From the NCBI GenBank assembly GCA_030295235.1, contig AP026127.1:186001-250000 (forward strand): a stretch of 64,000 bases of DNA. Direction: 5' to 3'. The number at the start of each line of letters is the position of its first letter. Within the stretch, counting starts at the first letter, position 1. The translations under genes and the position numbers were made by a program. The stretch comes from Fistulifera solaris. Taxonomy: Eukaryota. The notes beneath the pieces are model-generated. The model was not told the DNA's origin and did not search any database. It saw only the letters and a program-made list of their open reading frames with translations. Shown here piece by piece: positions 59,394-64,000 of the stretch.

Positions 59394-60419
59394 ATGAGAG
59401 GTCACTGGCTTTTATTTTGGCTTCTTCGGCATGTTCCGATTTCATCGGCGTTTTCGCCGGTCGGAACCACACTCGATAGACCTTACGGCAAGAGCATTCG
59501 AGCTTCTTCCAGCAGCTCACAACTCTTCGCTTACGAAACGGAAATCGGTTGTGCGACAATTGCATTTGCCTCGTCACACATTGCCATGTCGGCGATTCGT
59601 AACGATTTGATCGATCGCATCGGTGATGCTGCCTACCAACTCAATTGGGTGAATACTGGATGGAAATTACCCGATGTTTGGCCCGGTGATGAAGCCGGAC
59701 AAGAAATCTTTCCAACCAAAGAGATTGCCGGTCGTCAACTCTACCGTATTTTGTACACAATCGTATCCTTTTCGACGTTGGGGACAGGGTTTGCTTATTA
59801 CTTGAATGCTTTGGCGGAAGAACCGTTAACGATGCTTCCGAATGACGAAGATGTTGCATTAAACTATGTCATTGCTTCACTGGCGTCGGGAATTTCTCTC
59901 GCGTCTCTTGTTAACCCATCTCCTCTATCGTTGGTCCCCGTGTATGAACCAGGCAACAACACGAACGTCGACCGTCGCTCCGCATCGATTCGTCGCAACG
60001 ATTCCAAGAAGCTGCAGGCATACGGACTCACACGCATAACACGACATCCTTTGATCCTCCCCGTCGTCCCGTGGGGTTTCGCCACGGCCATGATCATGGG
60101 AGGACACGTTCGCGATTATTTATTGTTTGGTGTTCTCTCTCTTTACGCCATTGCGGGCTGTGCTGCTCAAGACTTGCGAGTCATTCGCGAAGAAGGTTCC
60201 GTGGGAACCGTCTTTACTCCCGAACAATCATCTTTGCAAGAATTCTTTCAACAAACGTCTTTTATACCCTTCCAAGCGGTTCTCCAGTCGCGCCAGTCGA
60301 TGGATGACATCCTCCAGGAAGTGCCGTGGTGGGCGCTGGTAGTTGGAACGGCCGTTGGTTATCAAATTCAAGAATCTTTCATATCGTTTTTGGTGGGGAA
60401 TGTGGGTAGAACCTTGTAA
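59394..60419 (+). CDS. Plastid-targeted NnrU-family membrane protein (Z-ISO / zeta-carotene isomerase-like)
   Basis: SSA-FSP presequence; SHIAMSAIR, RQLYRILY, GLTRITRHP, TSFIPFQAVL are NnrU/Z-ISO-type motifs. Confidence 0.78.
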   Translation: MRGHWLLFWLLRHVPISSAFSPVGTTLDRPYGKSIRASSSSSQLFAYETEIGCATIAFASSHIAMSAIRNDLIDRIGDAAYQLNWVNTGWKLPDVWPGDEAGQEIFPTKEIAGRQLYRILYTIVSFSTLGTGFAYYLNALAEEPLTMLPNDEDVALNYVIASLASGISLASLVNPSPLSLVPVYEPGNNTNVDRRSASIRRNDSKKLQAYGLTRITRHPLILPVVPWGFATAMIMGGHVRDYLLFGVLSLYAIAGCAAQDLRVIREEGSVGTVFTPEQSSLQEFFQQTSFIPFQAVLQSRQSMDDILQEVPWWALVVGTAVGYQIQESFISFLVGNVGRTL

Positions 60420-61387
60420 AAAGCGTGGGCTCCCACTGCGATTTTTGAAGTCGAGGGATCTCGCGCGATGCCGTTGGGTCGGTGCTGATTTGCGATGTGA
60501 AACAATGATTCATTCGGCAGTCTGGGCAGGATGGCGCGATGATTTAATCTTCATATGTCATCGCGCCTGGAAGTATTGGCACTTATTGAATTCCATTCAA
60601 CGACTTTAGTATCCCCAGAAGTTTGGTCACATTTTTAAGCCACTTGCGTGTGAAGGGGAAATGCCTTTCGGCTAGACGAAAGGCATCATTCGAACTTTGG
60701 GAGTTTTCAAACATATTTCATGGTTTCTTTGAAGCGACCTGAAAAGGAACACGCGGCACTGAAGGACGCAACTGCGTGGCAATGATCGTCGAAAGATGGA
60801 TTGGTAGATCAAGTAAGTAGTGACTTGATTTACCGCAGTAGATCGATCCTCGGAACTCGGCTTATTTGAAACAATAATATCTAAAGAATGCATGAAATTC
60901 CATGGGTCTCGCTTCTAAAGCTAGAGATACTTATAAACTAGTCTCGTGTAAAGTAAACTCTCATCTCTCACAAACGATTTAGCCGCTAAGACATCGGCTT
61001 ACTACTTAATTTCGTATAGCACCGCGACGAAAAAGCAAAGGCGCTGTTTTGACAACGCACAACTTCATTCCTGATGTCAAATGCCGAAGTGCGAAAGTGT
61101 GATCAAAAACAGATGCAGGCATCCAATTCAACAATGCTCCTGCTGCCTACACTTGTCTGTACAAAAACTATGTCGCGAAGCGCGGTCGGCAGAGGCGGTC
61201 GACCGCTCCGACAGAGAAAACGTATCTTCGGGGGCGCGAACTTCTCGCTCGTCGACCGGCGTAGGGTCTCGCGATAAAACATTCTGCCGTCTTGTCATTC
61301 ATCTCTCCAGGAACAAAGAGAGCTTTCTTTTACAAATATTCCCGTCGCTCTTCTTCTCATAAGAGCTCTTTGTACTAGACTTGAAAA

Positions 61388-64000
61388 ATGGCTCCCACGA
61401 AAGGACGACAGAACAACAGCAACAAGGGCAAAAGCAATAACAAGCCAACGCCAGTCCCGCGAATCCCCGCCGCAACACACGGCAAACAGCGCATGAAACT
61501 TCAAGAAACTGTGAAACATACTGGCGTAGGATATCATCAAAAGTACAAGGAAGCGACGTTGCGCTTTCATAATTGGATGACCCAAGTCGCGTGTCCCGGG
61601 CTCCGCATGTCGGCGGTCGACGACTATCGCAGAGGCGTCGATTTTATTGTGAATCAGAATATGAAGTCGTACACGGCAGAGGATGGCACTAATCTAGATT
61701 CCCTCATCGTGGCTCCCCCCTGAGATCATGGCGAGCTTGACCTTAAGCATTCGTTTGCGGGAGCGGGTAACGACACGAATGTTTGGGTCGAAAGACGGAG
61801 GCGATCTCGGACACCGTTACATCATTGATGTGTTGGAGTACTGTCGATGCGCATTGCGGTTCGGGAATCGTATTGCGGCTGTTTGCAAAGCGAAGAACGA
61901 AGGCGACGGTGAAGAACAGGTGGCGATAGGCGGCCGGTTTCATGCGTTGACGCTCGACGATGATGAGGAAGAGGAAGAAGACGTTGACTGGGCCGATATT
62001 GATCGCGACATCAAGGGCGGAAACTTGCCGCAATACGGAGGTGTCAAAGCAGAAGAAGCGATCGATATTTTTGAGGCTCTTCTAAAAGGTGACGACTCGT
62101 TTCAAGCCATGGCTCTATTGGATCTCATGGAAGACTTGATGGAGGTCATTCACGATCAGTACGTCGTTTTGAAAGAGCGCTTGAGAGGGCTCACTCGTCA
62201 AGACTCGAGTTGTATGCAGGTACTGATGGAAAGTGCCGTGGTGGCGAATTCGGCTATCGAATGTGTACAGCGTGCGGAGAATGAAATGATGATCGACCAT
62301 CCCCACCTTTCGTCGTTTTCGCATGTCCTTACACTCGTATTTCTAGCGCAATTCATTGCCAAGATCAACAAGAGGATTGCAAAGACGAAGCTACAGGCCA
62401 ATCCCCACATGGCGCTCGATTTTGTGGCAGAAGTGTTTGAGCACGCAATTTTGAATGGGACGTACAAGAACGATCTTAATGGCATCGTCAAGCGCTTTGT
62501 GAAGAAATCGGGTCTAACAACAGACGTTGTGCAGCATTATGGGGAGATCATTCAAAATATCATTTGGACGGAGACCCCTACACAGTTCGAACAACGGATG
62601 CAACCGGACTTTATGGCTGCCAATGCTGCCATTGGAAGGAAAACCGCACATGTGGCTATCTCAATATGTATACATCGGCGGTGATAGTTGCCTTCTGAAC
62701 ACTCACAAGATTGTTCGGATGACGATGTATTCCCTCAAAAAAGAGAAAGGGAGAATGGGTGTCGCAGAGGCAGATTGGTTCGGAAAGCCGTTCGACGAAA
62801 ACAAACGTCCTGCTCGTCGTATTCTCGGTGATCTTGATGAGCCGTTCATGAATGCCATTATTCCGGAGCTCGCAGCGATTTGTAGAATCGCGCCATTTGA
62901 AACTTTGCCGAACCGGTCGCATTTGATTACAGTGATAGACCTGCTCCAACGTCAGGCAAAAGGCGACCCTACAAAACCGCTGCCTGTAGCTCTGACCTTC
63001 GGTCTACATGCTGTCCTTACGTCTATCTATGTTTTACAAGGCCAAGATGATTTGGCCCGTCTTGCCGCGAAATCAAAGCGGTCGTTTGATATGCTGTTCG
63101 AGCAACTCGAAGCGGTGGCGGATTGCAATAAAACACCAGGAAACTTTCCTAGATTTTACGAAAAGGTAAATGCCTTCATTGAAATCTCAGATTTTGCAAA
63201 GTCAATTTTTGCAGTCGAAGATGGTGACGTGGGGAAGGAAGAGGAACTCAAGAAAGCTACGATGATCGCGTTTTGGAATCCAGTCGTTGCAGGCGAATAC
63301 ATGTTGTACGCGACGTACATATGTTCAGTTAAATTGGGATCAGCAACTGTGGATTCGTCAGGGCAGTTGAAGTTCGCACTTCATTTACACAACGGCCTAA
63401 AGTTCCATGACCCAACGATAGACGTTCCATTCTTGCGGGCTGTGGATACAATTTTCAAAAATACGAAAGGAGTTTGGGTTGGTGGACGTCCAGACAAGGG
63501 GTCCTGTTACAAGGCCTTCTGGATGTCATTTGGAATGAGCGCCAATCAAGCTGCTCGTTTAGCCAACTCTGGACATTCCGACAATAAGGGTGTTTTCTTG
63601 AACGATTCGTCTAGATATTGGGTGCATGATACGAGGTAAGACGATTTGAATTGTATATTGCAAGAAAGGATTGCTTACCATTATGCCATCATGCTACGCT
63701 ACGCAGAGAGTTCGTAATTCATCCCGAAAATTTTAGTTCCTCGTATCGACGACTTGTTCTCCAAGATTTGGGTAGTGGGAACGTCAGTTCCTCAGCATCT
63801 GGAAAGCACAACAGCTTTTTAACTGACTTCATATCCAAAATCAGTGAAACTCATAAAGCTATGGACGACGATAAAGATGTTCTTCCGTTGAATTTCTCTG
63901 CCGTTGGGGCAATCTTGCTGGAGTTTGTCAACGCTCTAGCCGACCACATGGGCTGGTCGGCTGGTATCCAAGATTGTCTTCGTAACACTCGTGGGCTCCG
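61388..64000 (+). CDS. DUF6604-like N-terminal domain protein, runs off window (frameshifts at C-run near 61720 and near 62640; probable intron from 63635)
   Basis: YHQKYKEATLRFHNWM...IRLRERVT...GHRYIIDVLE...RFHALTL resembles DUF6604; consecutive long ORFs. Confidence 0.65.

Overview
Gene-dense eukaryotic nuclear DNA from a diatom. The evidence is short GT-AG introns, a fucoxanthin-chlorophyll Lhcx gene and bipartite ASAFAP-type plastid presequences; a pennate, Fistulifera-like origin is my inference only. About 30 genes or gene relics are visible. Housekeeping genes include SHQ1, HSBP1, RBM39, PABPN1, ALB3, NAT10/Kre33, an NnrU/Z-ISO-like gene and an ankyrin-RCC1 gene. There is also a class C GPCR whose ectodomain is two bacterial-type sugar-binding domains, a signal-peptide-bearing proteasome alpha-like subunit, three decaying MYND-finger paralogues, and about nine copies or fragments of an intronless lineage-expanded RNI/LRR-like family (tandem array at 36.5-50 kb). 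Many genes, including essential ones, are split by 1-nt frameshifts, mostly at homopolymers, so most frameshifts are probably assembly errors. The best hidden signal, missed by the ORF track, is a two-exon, apparently mitochondrion-targeted DsbA/FrnE-like selenoprotein (50352-51295). It has an in-frame UGA at the catalytic Cys position, an atypical U-P-N-G motif, and a SECIS-like hairpin with a CC apical loop in the 3' UTR. The intergenic DNA also carries many unrelated 7-nt tandem duplications and palindromic ATACCG arrays, suggestive of transposon footprints.
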